A DNA stretch of 64,000 nt. Source: Cycas panzhihuaensis. Its lineage: Eukaryota; Plantae; Cycadophyta. Within the stretch, counting starts at the first letter, position 1, and every line of letters starts with the position of its first letter. Location of the stretch: positions 208,141,741 to 208,205,740 of the forward strand of contig CM041465.1 of NCBI GenBank assembly GCA_023213395.1. Direction: 5' to 3'. The notes under the pieces were generated by a model. The model worked only from the letters and a program-made list of their open reading frames with translations, did not search any database and was not told the origin of the DNA. This document shows, in pieces, positions 41,541 to 54,900 of this stretch. The position numbers were made by a program, and so were the translations under genes.

Positions 41541-41796
41541 CTGCAATTGAGAAGAAAACTACTCATGTTATCAATAACCAAAGAGAAGAACTAACACCCT
41601 TCCTCCTTAAAATAAGAGGATAGAATATCTACGAGAACTAAAATATATGCTACTTTCTGAACTAAATGAACTTACCTTCGATGGAAAAAATTAAAATAAG
41701 GAATCTCCCAACTCTTCCAAACATAATTGAAAATATCCAAATTCAATTCCTTTAATTTTAACAACACGCCATGATAATCACTATAGAAGTTCAAAC

Positions 41797-42073
41797 CTTA
41801 TTAGCCCGAAGAATATCTTTCAATCCCTCAGTAAGCTTTTGATCTAGAATTTTATGATGAGATAGAGACTTGGTGGCCTCCTCTAGGTCAAAAGGACTCC
41901 CAATACAAACTGCAGCTGTAAGTGGAGTTGTCTCAGCTTCTTCCCCAAGATACTTGGATAACATATTAGCTCCATATCCCCAACCAACACCCATCAAAGT
42001 AGTCCATGGCCTTGCCCTTGCAATAAACTGTGTGGCTATAAAGATGTCATCACTATCAGCTGCTGTAAATAAC
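41797..42073 (-). CDS. Internal exon of an At2g03140-like alpha/beta-hydrolase-fold (ABHD/YheT-like) gene
   Basis: AG acceptor at 42075-42074 and GT donor at 41796-41795; 277 nt. Translation LFTAADSDDIFIATQFIARARPWTTLMGVGWGYGANMLSKYLGE...LTAAVCIGSPFDLEEAT...LKDILRANK. Confidence 0.9.
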
Positions 42074-45000
42074 CTAAAAAAACAACAAAAACAATAAGTT
42101 ATAGAGATACATAGCTACGTAACTCTTAACAATTGCAAATGATCAAAATTATGGATATAACATGATTTTGAGGCTAGACTTGCATTGAAATACAAAACTA
42201 AACTTATAAAAAACATGGGACAATAAGTAAAAAGACAAATGGTTAATATAAATTTACACAATCCTTTCTTCCATGCCTTTGAACAAGCTAACTCTAGTTA
42301 AGCTTTTAAAAAAATAAGTAAACGAAATAGAACCATTACCATTTAGGGTGAATGCATCCCTTCAAACACCAACATTGAAAACAAATGGAGAAAAATGATC
42401 AAGGATAACCATCCAAAAAAAAAGAGAAGAAAATGATATGAAAATGTTGATATACCCAAGATGTACAACCTTGATTATAGATGGTATCTTTTAGGCATAA
42501 AAGATGGAACAAAAGATTGCTAAAATTGACCAAAAGATACTTGGATCATCTCTAAGATATCAAAGCCTAATTGAGATCTCATCATTCTTTGTGATATGCA
42601 CATTATAAATGAATTGTTGGAACAAGTTCAAAATATGGAAAACCTAACCAAAACAGAAAAAGAATTGGAAAAAATTAAACAAAAAAAAAACTCAGGACGA
42701 AAAAAGGGGCATAAAGCCCTACCATTGAAGAAGTAAAGTCTTGAATGAACCGTGTTGTGCACTGGCACAACTATCCCAAAGTCAACCATGAATTATGAAG
42801 TAAAATATTTAAATTTTTTTGTACATTAAAAATGAACAAATACGCCGTATGAAACTCATCACTTTTGGGTATTAATCAAAGTTGGATCTTTAGGACCGTT
42901 TAACTCTAGAGATTTTGGTTTTTTTTGTTATGCCTATGAAGTAGATCTAGATCTGAGAATTCAAATCTCTTTAAGTGTTATCAAAGCGGGTGTTATCATT
43001 GACACAATTTCATCTCCCATTGTCTATGAAGGTTTGATTCAGGCAAGTATCATGAGCTGAAAATTTATGTCATGAGACAGTTTTGGGACGATCTCTTTCT
43101 CCTATTTTATGTGGGGCCGCTTTGTTGGAGGGAAAACAATCTCATATTGTCGAGGGTCTCATCTAGCATCCCACCTATCTCTATTGCGATGTGATCTACC
43201 ATTGCATATTCATGGGAAGGTGATCCCGCAACTTGTGTATTAGGGCAACTGATGTTATCAATCGCAAGGAGCCACTACGTGGAGTTGAGAATTCAATGAT
43301 CAATCAAAGCGAGCGATTGGGCGGAGGCAGAAGTAAGAGAGTGGCAACATGAAGAGGGCCTATGCAATCCATTTGGATCGTGCCAAATCTGTATCACAAA
43401 CAAGCATGGGATATTCCAAAAAAGAGATCAATAGTTTGTTCAATCATTCGCCTTTCTGTGGGATTCTGTATTGTGAAAAAATGTGGGATATTTAGAAGTT
43501 CATCCACAATTTTTCATCTCTCCCTGGAAACAATCAACGACCTTGGGTATAGCAACGCAGAGTTGCCTACTAAGGAACACACATATCACACCATCATGCT
43601 TGGCAGTGTGCTTATTCCCACAAGTGTTATGCTAAACATTTAGTAGAGTGGGAAACAAAGATAATCCATGACTGAAATTGCCATCGACCAAGGTGCCTTG
43701 CAGAGATAATATTATAAATTTCAAAACCTTGGGATATTTTTATTTTCTAAGCTTTTAGCAAGATTAAATTGCATTAAAATCTTATTTGAGATCCACTAGC
43801 CCCTACCCAAAGTACATGACCAGGGGTTAAAACCCTAAGAGGGCTTAACCCCCCCCCTTTTTTTCCAACTTCATTTTTTAAAGGACGTACATGTTCGTTT
43901 TTTGTCATGACATTTGCTATAGGTGTTGCCATTCAATTCCATCTAAACCATTAGAATAATGACTCAAGCAATCATTTTAAGCTATAATTTGATGAATTTA
44001 AGAGTTGATTTGATGCAATAACTCTAGTTCAAAGATGACCTTCCATACCAATGCCCTGCATGACAAACATTGAAGGACCTCCTTTGGCAGAAGAGCACCT
44101 TGACTAGATGCTTGAAGAGGTTGAGGAAATCACTAGGCAATTAGCTAATCCAGAGCTTTGCCTAGGCTTTCTGAAGCCTGAAGAAGTTGAATACCCAAGA
44201 AGGAAAAAGATAATGAATAAAGATGTTGAGGAACTTCAATTTCTCAAGGGGCAAATCTTGATAAGTCCCAACAATTATGGACAAGCATCAATGAGAGAGT
44301 TGAGGGGTTGGAGGTTAACATGAACAATATGAAACAAATGTTGAAACACTTGGTCCAAAAGAAGGATTTTAAAGGAGGAACGAGTTTGTAAAATGACAAC
44401 AATACCTGTAAGGAAGAGGAAGATTAGAAAGACTAGAAGAGATTTGATGAACAACAACCACCAATCTTTCACCACAACATAAAGGTACCCGTCTGTTCGC
44501 AAGATGTGGATATTGACAGTAACAAGTGGCTGGAGAAGATAGAAAATGTCATTTTTGATTCACTCCAAATTAGCAACACTCGGGAGTGTATCAACTTTGA
44601 AATGGACCATCTAATAGGTCCCATATATCGATGGGCCACCCTTTAGAAAAGCAAAAGGGAAAACTACCCAATTCAAGTACTTTGTGGAGGTGGTTAGAAG
44701 CAGAACAAAGGATAAATGGAGCAACCCATATCATATCCAATTGGCATAATATCTCCAAAGGGAACAATGTGTCAAATAGTATACAAAAGAATTTGAAAAA
44801 CTTCACTTAAAAGGCCAAGAATACTTCTATCAAGGCTCTTCATTCTATATTAGTAATCTACGACCTAATATCCAAGAAGAAGTCCATTGTTTCAAATCAA
44901 ATCTCTAGATGAAGCTATCAACCTAGCATAACAAATTAAATCTCAAGAATCATATCGCTCATAGAAGGTTCAACATCGCAACCTACATGCCAAAATATAA

Positions 45001-46491
45001 ACCACTTAGGCTAAGTAATCAAGGGTTTCAAAGTCATCAGGGAAGTCCTAACACAAGCAAATTTTTAAGCACAATGCAAAGGGTTCAAGAAATAGAAGGT
45101 GTTAAGGAAAGAGCCATGTGCATCTATCACACTTGTAAGAAACCATGGGTCAGGGTACACATGTAATAAATTGTTTGGTGGTCGACTCTCCTCTTGGCTG
45201 ACTTGCCCTACAAATTAAATGGCCGACCTATCCTCCTTTTGGCCAACCTATATTCATTCTTGTTGGCCCACCTCTAAAATGCACCCCTATTTATATGCCT
45301 CACCCATCCTAAGGAAACTCAAGTGTTGTGCAGGTCTATGCTTGGGCACCACTTTGGATGAGTGTGGGGCACCTCACCTCGAAGAGGATAGCAAACACAG
45401 GTATGGATTCTCAGACCTATCATCTACGTGGACACTTGGGCTCTCAGGGTACAGACCAACTAAGTACTACTCTCCTTACTCTTGCAACTTCCTCATTTGT
45501 CATTTATTTCTTTTATTTTTCATTCGTATCAAAGAAAGGTTTCAAAAGGGAAACCTGCCTCTCCAACTCCACTTTCTTTTTGCCCCACGCCATCACAGAA
45601 TTTGCCCTAGATCTACTTGCAAATCTAGTCTCCCGCAACTGCAACCCTATAACTCAGATCTGCTCGCAAACCTGACCTCGTGTGCCCTCACTCTCTGCAA
45701 AACCAGATCTTTCCTAAACCCCATATTTGTCCATAGGTCCACATCCATCATAAATCTAAAGCCCGCCAAAAATCTGCCCACACTCTTAGACCCACAAATT
45801 TGCATCCAACATAAATTTGGAGCCCACAAAATCTACCCATAGATTTTAGACCAACCACATCCGACCTGCCTACTCGCAACCACTTTTGTCCAATCTTGCC
45901 ACTATAGCTATAGATTTGGCATCAAAGATCAACCCTCGTAAGACCTAATCCCTCACACCCTAGCATAACTACAAATCTCAGATCAATCACCTTGCACAAA
46001 CCTCAAAACCTCCCTCAGCCAAAAACCAACAGTCCTACACCAACCATAGATTTGCCTCAGATCTGAAGCTTAACCATAGAACCAACACACCGCAAACCCT
46101 TTAGAAAGAAAATTAGGATTACCTATCAGTAGATTACCCAATAGGAAAAAGAGTATCTTAGCACTAAACCAAGACAAACTAGTGAACACACCCGTAATAA
46201 TTTTAACAAGCGCCAACAGTAGGTTAGATGGCCTAAACAACAAAATAGCCAAGATGAGTAAGAAACATGAGTTATTAGACAACATAACCCAACTCATAGG
46301 AACCATACACCTAGACATGAGGGACATCAACCAAAGGGCCCCACCTAAGAGAAAGGGTGAAGAAGGGAAACACCAAGATAACCATTGACAAGCAAACAAA
46401 AAGGGTAAGAAAGATTTTGGCCTCAAAAATGCAAAATTCCTACTCGAGAAATTCAACCCAAATAGATCGAAGGATATTCGTAGCTAGATCA

Positions 46492-49400
46492 TGTTAGAAT
46501 ATAATGTTTAATGTGTGTGTGGTTAAGTAAAAGTGGGTCCTAGGATTATTAGTCATAGTCCTAAGTCTTAGGGTCAAAGGGTCATTATACTACTATGTAA
46601 AAATATAGAAGCTTATTGGTCAAGTTAGTGGTGTAATGTTATTGGTCAGGACAAAGGTATTTGTCCCACATGCATTACTTGTGTTGTATAGTCTTCCACC
46701 TCTTTGGTATATAAAGGTGGTTGAGGTAGTAAGTAGAGATCATCACATCATCAAGGCTCATGTTGAGTCTTTGGTGTTCTTGATATGTTAATACATTCCG
46801 ATTATATTGTGTTAATCTTTATTCATTGATATTTCTATTGTGGTTGATAAATGTTCTCCATGTTAAAATCTTAACATGGTATCAGAGCGGGTTACTTGCT
46901 AAGGCTTTTCTGTGCAGATAAGGAAGGAAGGTGACCTCATTAGGGCGGCTAACAGATTGAAGATTTAAGAGGTAAAGTTCCAGAACATCATTAATTCAAG
47001 GTGTGCCAAGTATTAGGTCAACAAAAATCTAAACCGGCTAATACTGATTCCTTAGTTGATTATTTTGGTTTGCTGAGAAGTGACTGGTAAGTTTGGAACT
47101 CTACCAGTCATAGATAAAGAAAAATTTGCTAACTGTTGTGGATTGAAGGAAGATTAATAGACTGCCATCTGTGGGAAGGTTCCACATGGTTGATTCTGAC
47201 CAGTCCTATGTGAAGTAACTACCCTCAGTAGAAGGTCGCCTGTAGCCCAGAGTGAGGGCCTCTAAGTGGTCAGCCACAATCATTTACAAAACCCTAACCA
47301 CTGCAGAATTGGACTCATAATTCCTGTATAAGATCTCTAACACTGCAAATTGCTGTCTTCTCATCGCGAACTCTTCTGGGTAGCGACAGACTTCTGAGAG
47401 AGAAGGATCAGTATCGACACAATGGATCGATTGACTCTGAGAACTGTTGTCCGCTTGCAAAGATGAAGCCCCACAGTGCCAAGTTCTGATGCCAATCCCT
47501 GGTAATTATGTTCTCTTGCATGTGAAGAAAATAGTGTGCAATAGATTTCAGTGTTTGAAAATTTCTGAAGATGAAATCTGAATATCACCCAATCTGAGCT
47601 TAGGAGACAAAAACAAAAAGGGGGAAACTCATGCTTCTGAAGCATCCACTTTGTGGAAGTGGTTTGTGCCCGATATGTCATATATAGTTGATCTTCCACA
47701 GTAGTAAATAAGTGTGCTAGACTGTCTGAGTTTCTCCACCAAATACATGAATTACTGCTGCCTGTGAACTCAAACATAGGGCTGAAAAGGCATAAACTAG
47801 ACTGTAACCATAACACTGGTCCACTGTAAAGTCTACAATTGAAAGATCTTTGCAATTATCACAGCTAGCAGGTCTGTAAGCCTTCGTCTCAGAAAAAGGG
47901 TCGTGAGCCTATTTTGTCAAAACCAGTTGATGCTAAGCTAGGGTTTCATACCCAAGAAGAGCCACATGCAGTAACAGAGCTGAATCCTTAATTGGGACTG
48001 AATCAGCACAAGGAAGAACAAACCTGTGGAATGAATCCTATTTGGCCTTGCTGAAAGGATTTAGGGATTCAAATCCCAAATTCCAAGACGTCGTTCAATT
48101 GGTAGTGAGTAGTTTTGACCCACAGCTTAAAGCCTAGATTCAAATCTATCAGTTGAGCCAGAACATTCATCATGCAAAAACTTCTGTGTGCATTACGAAT
48201 CTGTAGAAGGAGAAGCTACTAGACTTGTCTCTGAGGTGACCATTGTTATAGCCTGAGGCAACCACTATTACAGCCCGATCATGGTACTTGAAGAAGATAG
48301 AATGACAAGTGGACACATCTGACATTGCCCATAAGGATTTCAAACAGTTAAGAAATTATCGTGACCACAGAGCCACCGGGATTCTGTGTGAAGATAAGCA
48401 GAAGTTATTGTGGCAGAATCGTGAAGATACACGTTGTCAAGACTGTACTGTTGGGCAATGATCTGAACTACAATCGCAGAGGCTGTCGTCTGCTCCTTGC
48501 TCTGTCTACATATTGTGCTCTGCCCTGTGTCAAGAGGTTGATGCTCACAGGCAAACATGACGTGTTTTTCTGTCACGCAATGATCCCCTGGTAGGTCTGC
48601 GGTATTGTGGTGTGATGGTAATTGCTGAGCAGAATAGATCCAAGCAGGGTGCAATACCTTCGGTAAGACGGGGCCAAAGCTTCATTAGTCCTGGTAAGGA
48701 GCTCTTTCTACAGTTTGTTGTCAATGAGTCTATGATTGAGCTAAGAATTCTGGATAAAGATTGTTGCAAGAGGAGGTCATTTCTTTGCAACTGATAATAG
48801 CTCAATTGTTCTGACCTGAACGGGTCTGGAAACAACAAATAAGGTTGAGTCCAAGGAAATAGAAAGCAGTTGTACATAGTAGTGTGATAAACTGGCTAGA
48901 AAAGTAATAGTCTTGATAGTTTTGGCAGCTAGCTGGAAGAGTAACAATCTTAGCTGTCTTGGCAGGAAACTCCAATTTTTAGACAATTGGTTGCTTACAG
49001 GTATACACAAAATGTGGAAGGAGAGCATTGCCCACCATGGTACTTGGATCGGCAGCAATATTCACAGACTGTGATGAGGCTGGAAGCTACTTCTGGTTAC
49101 TCAGTGTGTTTTGCACTTGTCATCTAGTAGAACTTGAGTTAACTAGCAACAGAGAAAGCAGAAAAGGAAGACACCTCACTATGAACTTTTGAAGACAGCA
49201 GCCATGGAAATTTGTAGAGTGTTGAATGCCATCTCCTCTGGAAATTTGAAGAGACCTAGTTCTCCCTCTGCAGATAGTTGATACGATTTCAACAATTCTA
49301 TCTAGTTTCAAGACTGTTATAAGGATTATTGTGTGGAGCTGCAAGGGCTTTGGCAAAGACACCTGAGGTGAAAAAAATTCCAGTTTCCAACATTCAGGTT

Positions 49401-51327
49401 TTAGTACTTTTTGTTGATTTGATTTTCCAAGTTGAAGTGGGTATTCTTTTTGATCATACACCATGGAGTTGAGTGACATCATAGTCTTTGTACCTGAAAA
49501 AAATGAATACTGGCTATCGGATCTCATTTTTCCTTTGCCCAAATATATTGGAACTAATTTTCGTTTTTGGAAAATTAAGATGGAGAGCCTATTTGTATTG
49601 AAGAAACTTTGGAAAACAGTCATGGGTACTGAAATGACTCACGAAGAAGGGGAGGAAATTTTCAAAAGGAAAAACAGAATTGTTATTGACCTAATACTTG
49701 TATCCTTTGATAAGGATAACCTTCCTTCTTCCTATCACTTCATTATCCAGTTCTCGAGAATCTTGACTCACCAAGACGCCTGAAACCCGACAAAAGTGCA
49801 TGAAAAAGGACCTCAAGAAGTGCAGTAGAGGATCAAAAGGGAAAAGAATCAAAGGAAGAAATTGAAGAGGAAAGAAAAAAGGAAAAGCAGCATACCTTGA
49901 GTCTCATCAAAGAACTAGCTTTGGAGGCTGAAGATTCCAGACATCAATCCTTATCGGTAATAGTTCATGGAGACACAAGTTGCCTAACAAAAGGTATGGA
50001 TAATATTATCCTAGTTTATGTTGACAGGTTGGTAGGAAGAATTCAAATGATGACAAGTCATACAATGATATGCATATATTGGAAACTATCCATGATCTCT
50101 TTCAACTCAGTTGCATCCTCTATCCTCATCTTTGAAAGAATCAAAATTATAACAGCATATCCTACAACAACACTAGAAAGTTGTTTCCAAGAGAGAAGGA
50201 ACATAAGGAGGATACCATATGATCAGAATCTTACTTGTCGAAATCATATTACATTTTGGCTAGGTTACTTGATCATAAAGATCGATCATATTGAAATAAT
50301 GTTCAATGTATGCATATTCATAATCAGAAAGTATATGCATGTAAGTATCATGGAAATACTCATTGTACTTGGTTCAAGGAATCCTTTGAGTGACACGGAG
50401 AAAACAGGGTATCTCACACACCATGTGAACTCGTCTCAGTAAATTCATTGCTTCAAGGGAGGATAATGGTGTCTCACCGATTGACAACTCATTGCTACAT
50501 TTGGATAATGATGATATTGCTAATATATATTTTGGTCACTCACATACTCAAGAAAGTGGAAGCAAACAGGTGATAGAAAACATATTTGAAAGACACCTTA
50601 AAAATATCTTTGATGGGTACATGCAGGATCATGCTGAATCACCCATCTTTCACTACCTGTTTTGCATGTCAAAGGATTCCCAATTGTGTATGAAGGCGAA
50701 AGAAGCAAACCTCGAAGATCGTCATTTCAAAGGACTACCTCAAAAACAACACTACAAGATTGAAGACACGGTGTTCAAGACCTTTCCAAGATCAAGACGC
50801 TGGAGATTCAAAAAAGACAAAATGCATTGGAGTCCGTTGATAATCATGTTGTCTTTAGTGTCTATAGTCTCAAATTCAAGCCAAGTGTTAATGTATGTCA
50901 GTTATAATGTCCTTAGTTCAAACATTAAACATTAAGGGGAGGTGTTAGAATATAATGTTTAATGTGTGTGTGGTTAAGTAAAAGTGGGTCCTAGGATTAT
51001 TAGTCATAGTCCTAAGTCTTAGGGTCAAAGGGTCATTATAATACTATGTAAAAAGATAGAAGCTTATTGGTCAAGTTAGTGGTGTAATGTTATTGGTCAG
51101 GACAAAGGTATTTGTCCCACATGCATTACTTGTGTTGTATAGTCTCCCACCTCTTTGGTATATAAAGGTGGTTGAGGTAGTAAGTAGAGATCATCACATC
51201 ATCAAGGCTCATGCTGAGTCTTTGGTGTTCTTGATATGTTAATACATTCCGATTATATTGTGTTAATCTCTGTTCATTGATATTTCTATTGTGGTTGATA
51301 AATGTTCTCCATGTTAAAATCTTAACA
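46492..51327 (+). mobile_element. Non-autonomous LTR element C (youngest insertion; gag-like ORF 49463-~50830 plus ~2.6-kb mosaic leader)
   Basis: 385-bp LTRs 46492-46876 and 50943-51327 with about 6 differences by eye. Perfect TSD GATCA. Canonical PBS TGGTATCAGAGC 46877-46888. PPT 50934-50942. Confidence 0.95.
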
Positions 51328-51950
51328 GATCATCCAAATGGACATGTACTATCAATTAAACCTAGGCTTAGAAATGACAAAATAATGACAACCTTCTTAC
51401 ATCTTTATGGGAAGGCCCTAAAATGGTTCCATTGGTGGAACAACATTAAATAAGATTCTGAGCACTACAACTAGACATTTTTAAAATCATCTATAATAGA
51501 ACAAGATGAAGATCCCTGGAATACCAATTAATTTTCCCAACTCATGAGCTCACAACAAACTAGGTCCATACAAGCCAACTCTAAACAATTTCAGAACCTA
51601 TATAATTTAGTTCGTACCAACATCAAACCTGAACAACTAGTGAAGACCTACGTAGCTGGACTTAGACCACCAATCAAATTTCATCTTAAAACAATGACCA
51701 TCCTGTCCCAAAGTAAGGTAATCCACCAAGCTAGGAATGTCAAAGCTAAATTCTGAGAATCCAACCAAGGTTACATTTGATGCAATGAACTGCCAAAGTA
51801 TCAAAACTAGAGCTCCACAAAGAACCACCATCAACCAAACCAGAATAGGTCAAGAACAAAGGCCGAACTCCCAATAACAAACAAAAGTGTCCACGAACCA
51901 AATAGAATGTCTAAAGCAAAACACTTAAGATGTGGAATCTGCTTTGACTG

Positions 51951-54900
51951 TGTTGACGGTGGTGTGGATTCCAATACCACAATGTCAGCCTAAGATCACT
52001 TGAAGAGCAACTGCGCTATGAGATTCAAATGATTAATATCAAATCAATAGCATTAAATGAACAAGCAACTAAGAAAGCATAAACTCAAGCATATAGAGAC
52101 ACTAGCAACGGAGGAGCAAGAATTGTTCCTATCTCTAAATAACAAGATTGGCTTGTATTCAAATGAACATCATAACAATACAATACCTTGCTCTCTTATG
52201 CTCTACACGAGAAATGGTCTCAATATATAGAGGAGGAGGAATCTTAGGGGGGTTGCATGTTTCACACTTGTCAAACATGCACGCCATGTCCCACGTGCAC
52301 TCGCATGTGCAAAAGTGCATGAGGCGTACATTGACCCTCAAGTCACAACATTACATCACTAGAAACAATGTGGGTGTGTACTTTATTACATTGAGTGGTA
52401 AAGTACACTTAAAGAACATAACATTATAATATAACATAATATTTAAATATAAAGGTCTAACAACCCCCCTTAATGTTTACAATGTTATGTTTTACCCCAA
52501 GACTTTCCCTAAATTTCCCAAATTTTTCTCTACCAAGTGGCTTGGTAAAGATGTCTGATAGCTGCTAGTCTGTGGGTTTGTTAAAGAGGCCAATCTTACT
52601 GTTTTGCACATGGTCTTTGATGAAATGGTGATGAACCTCAATGTACTTGGTTCTTATATGAAAAATCGGATTCTTGCTCTACTTGAGCACACTTTGGTTG
52701 TCACAATACAGTTTGGTGGGGTGATTTTGCTCGAGTTCAAGCTCGTTAAGAATCCTCCTTAGCCATATAGCCTCATAAGCTACTCTGACTACAACTATGT
52801 ACTATGTTTCTATAGAGGACAAGGTAACATTAGGTTGTTTCTTACAACTCCACAAACTAACTGCTGACCCAAGTTTGAAGTGATACCCTGAGGTCGATTA
52901 TCAACTATACTGGTATCTTGCCCAATCAAAGTCTGAGAAACCCTCCAATGTGAAGTTCTCATTATATGTATACTGTAGACAATGTTGCAATGTACCTTTA
53001 AGATATCTCAATATATGTTTCGCTGCATTCCAATGCTCTTGATTGGGTTGAGACATGTACCTAGAACAAATCCCAACTACAAATGAAAGATTTGGTCTAG
53101 TGTTAGTCAGATAGATTATACTATCCACTAGTTGCCGATATAATGTGGAATCTATTGGTTCTGCTTCCACATCAAGTGATAATTTTACACCATTCTCGAT
53201 GGGGATAGGCAAAAGTTTGTAGTCTTCCATTTTGAATCACTACAAAATGTTCCAATAATATTTAGCTTGGGAGATGAAGATATGGCCTAGTTGTTGCCAC
53301 ACCTCCATGCCTGGAGAATAATGGAGAAGTCCAAGATCTGTCATCTCAAAGCTTCTCTTAATATCATGCTAGAGAGTTTGTATCATCTTAGTGTCACTCC
53401 CAATGATCACTAAGTCAACAACATACAAAATGACAATGACAACATGGTTATCCTTAACTTTTATATACAAATTAGGGTCCAATGAGGAATGATGATACCC
53501 ATGTCTCTAAAAATAATCCTCGATTTTTTAATACCATGTTTTAGGGGCCTATTTCAACCCATACAAAGCCTTCTTGAGGCAACAAACCAAGTGTTCTTAA
53601 CTATGTGAAATGTAACCAGGAGGTTGCTCCAAATATACCTCCTCTTCAACATTGTCATTTAGAAAGGCACTCTTCCCATCCATTTAGTAAATTGGCCACT
53701 TGCATTGAGCAGCTAAGACCAAAATTAATCTAATGGTGTTCATACTTGACATCGATGCAAAGGTCTCTCCATAGTCAGTGCCCTCTTTTTGTTTGAATCC
53801 ATTGGCAACCAGTCGAGCCTTGTGACACTCGATTTAACCATCAGATTAGAATTTGGTTTTGTATACCCACTTGTAACTTATTGCCTATTTGTCTTCAGGC
53901 AATTCTACCAAATCCCATGTTCCATTCTTTTTAATACAATGGATTTCTTTATCCATAGTAGCTTTCTACTTTTCATTTTTACATGCCTCCTCAAAAGTGA
54001 AAGATTCATCAACACAAAGTACTTAAGCCATAAGTGCATAGTTAACATATTGTTGCCTCATTTTTTATGGATGTTTTCATTCAAGAACTTGTGCATCCTG
54101 TATTGTTTGAGTATACCATTTTGTTAAGTTCTTTGTTGTTGTAACCATAACATTAACATTATACGCCTGTAATGATTGAACAACCTTAGAAGGGCTACCA
54201 ATGTCAAGAGGAGTTGATGATGATGATAGAGTTGAATTAGACGAAGAAGCAACAAGAGCAAAAGATGAACATGGTGTTAAAGATTGAAAAAGAAAGAAGT
54301 CTTCACTAATTTGCTTGCCTTTATCAAGAGGTAGATGGATAGATGCTTGTTTCATCTCCTCATTAGCAAATATAACATTTCTTGATATATGCATTTTCTT
54401 TGTAATGGAATCAGATACACTATATGCCTTGCTACCAATAAAGTAACCAATGAAACTGCATTTTAGGCTTTTGTCATCTAATTTTTGCCTTTACTGTTAA
54501 AGAATGTGCATACATGTAGTGCACCAAAAAATGCGCAAATGGCTAATGGTTGACCTTTTGCCAGACCAAGCCTCCTCTGGTGATATATTGGTGATTGTTG
54601 TTGTAGAGCTTCTATTGGAGACATAAGCTATGGTATGAAATACTTCTGCCCAATAGGATAGTGGAAGGTCCTTTTCATGCATCATGGCTTTGGCTTTGTT
54701 TGCCAAAGTTCTATTCATTCTTTCTGCTACTCCATTTTCCTGGAGTGTACATGGAGTAGTGAGTTGACTCTTGATCCCATGATCTTTGCAAAACTAGTTA
54801 AATTCCCTTGAAAAAAACTCACCTCCATTGTTAGTTCATAATATTTTGATTGACAAGTCTGATTCATTCTCCACAGCAAGTTTGAATTCTTTGAATTTAT

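Noticed and set aside
42700-44260. Unassigned sequence upstream of the old Gypsy gag
   Set aside because: No LTR boundary, PBS or protein motif could be supported.
45219-45842. 207-aa ORF on the + strand
   Set aside because: Spans an LTR, PBS and C-rich leader; no recognisable domain, and it is not preserved in the partner LTR.
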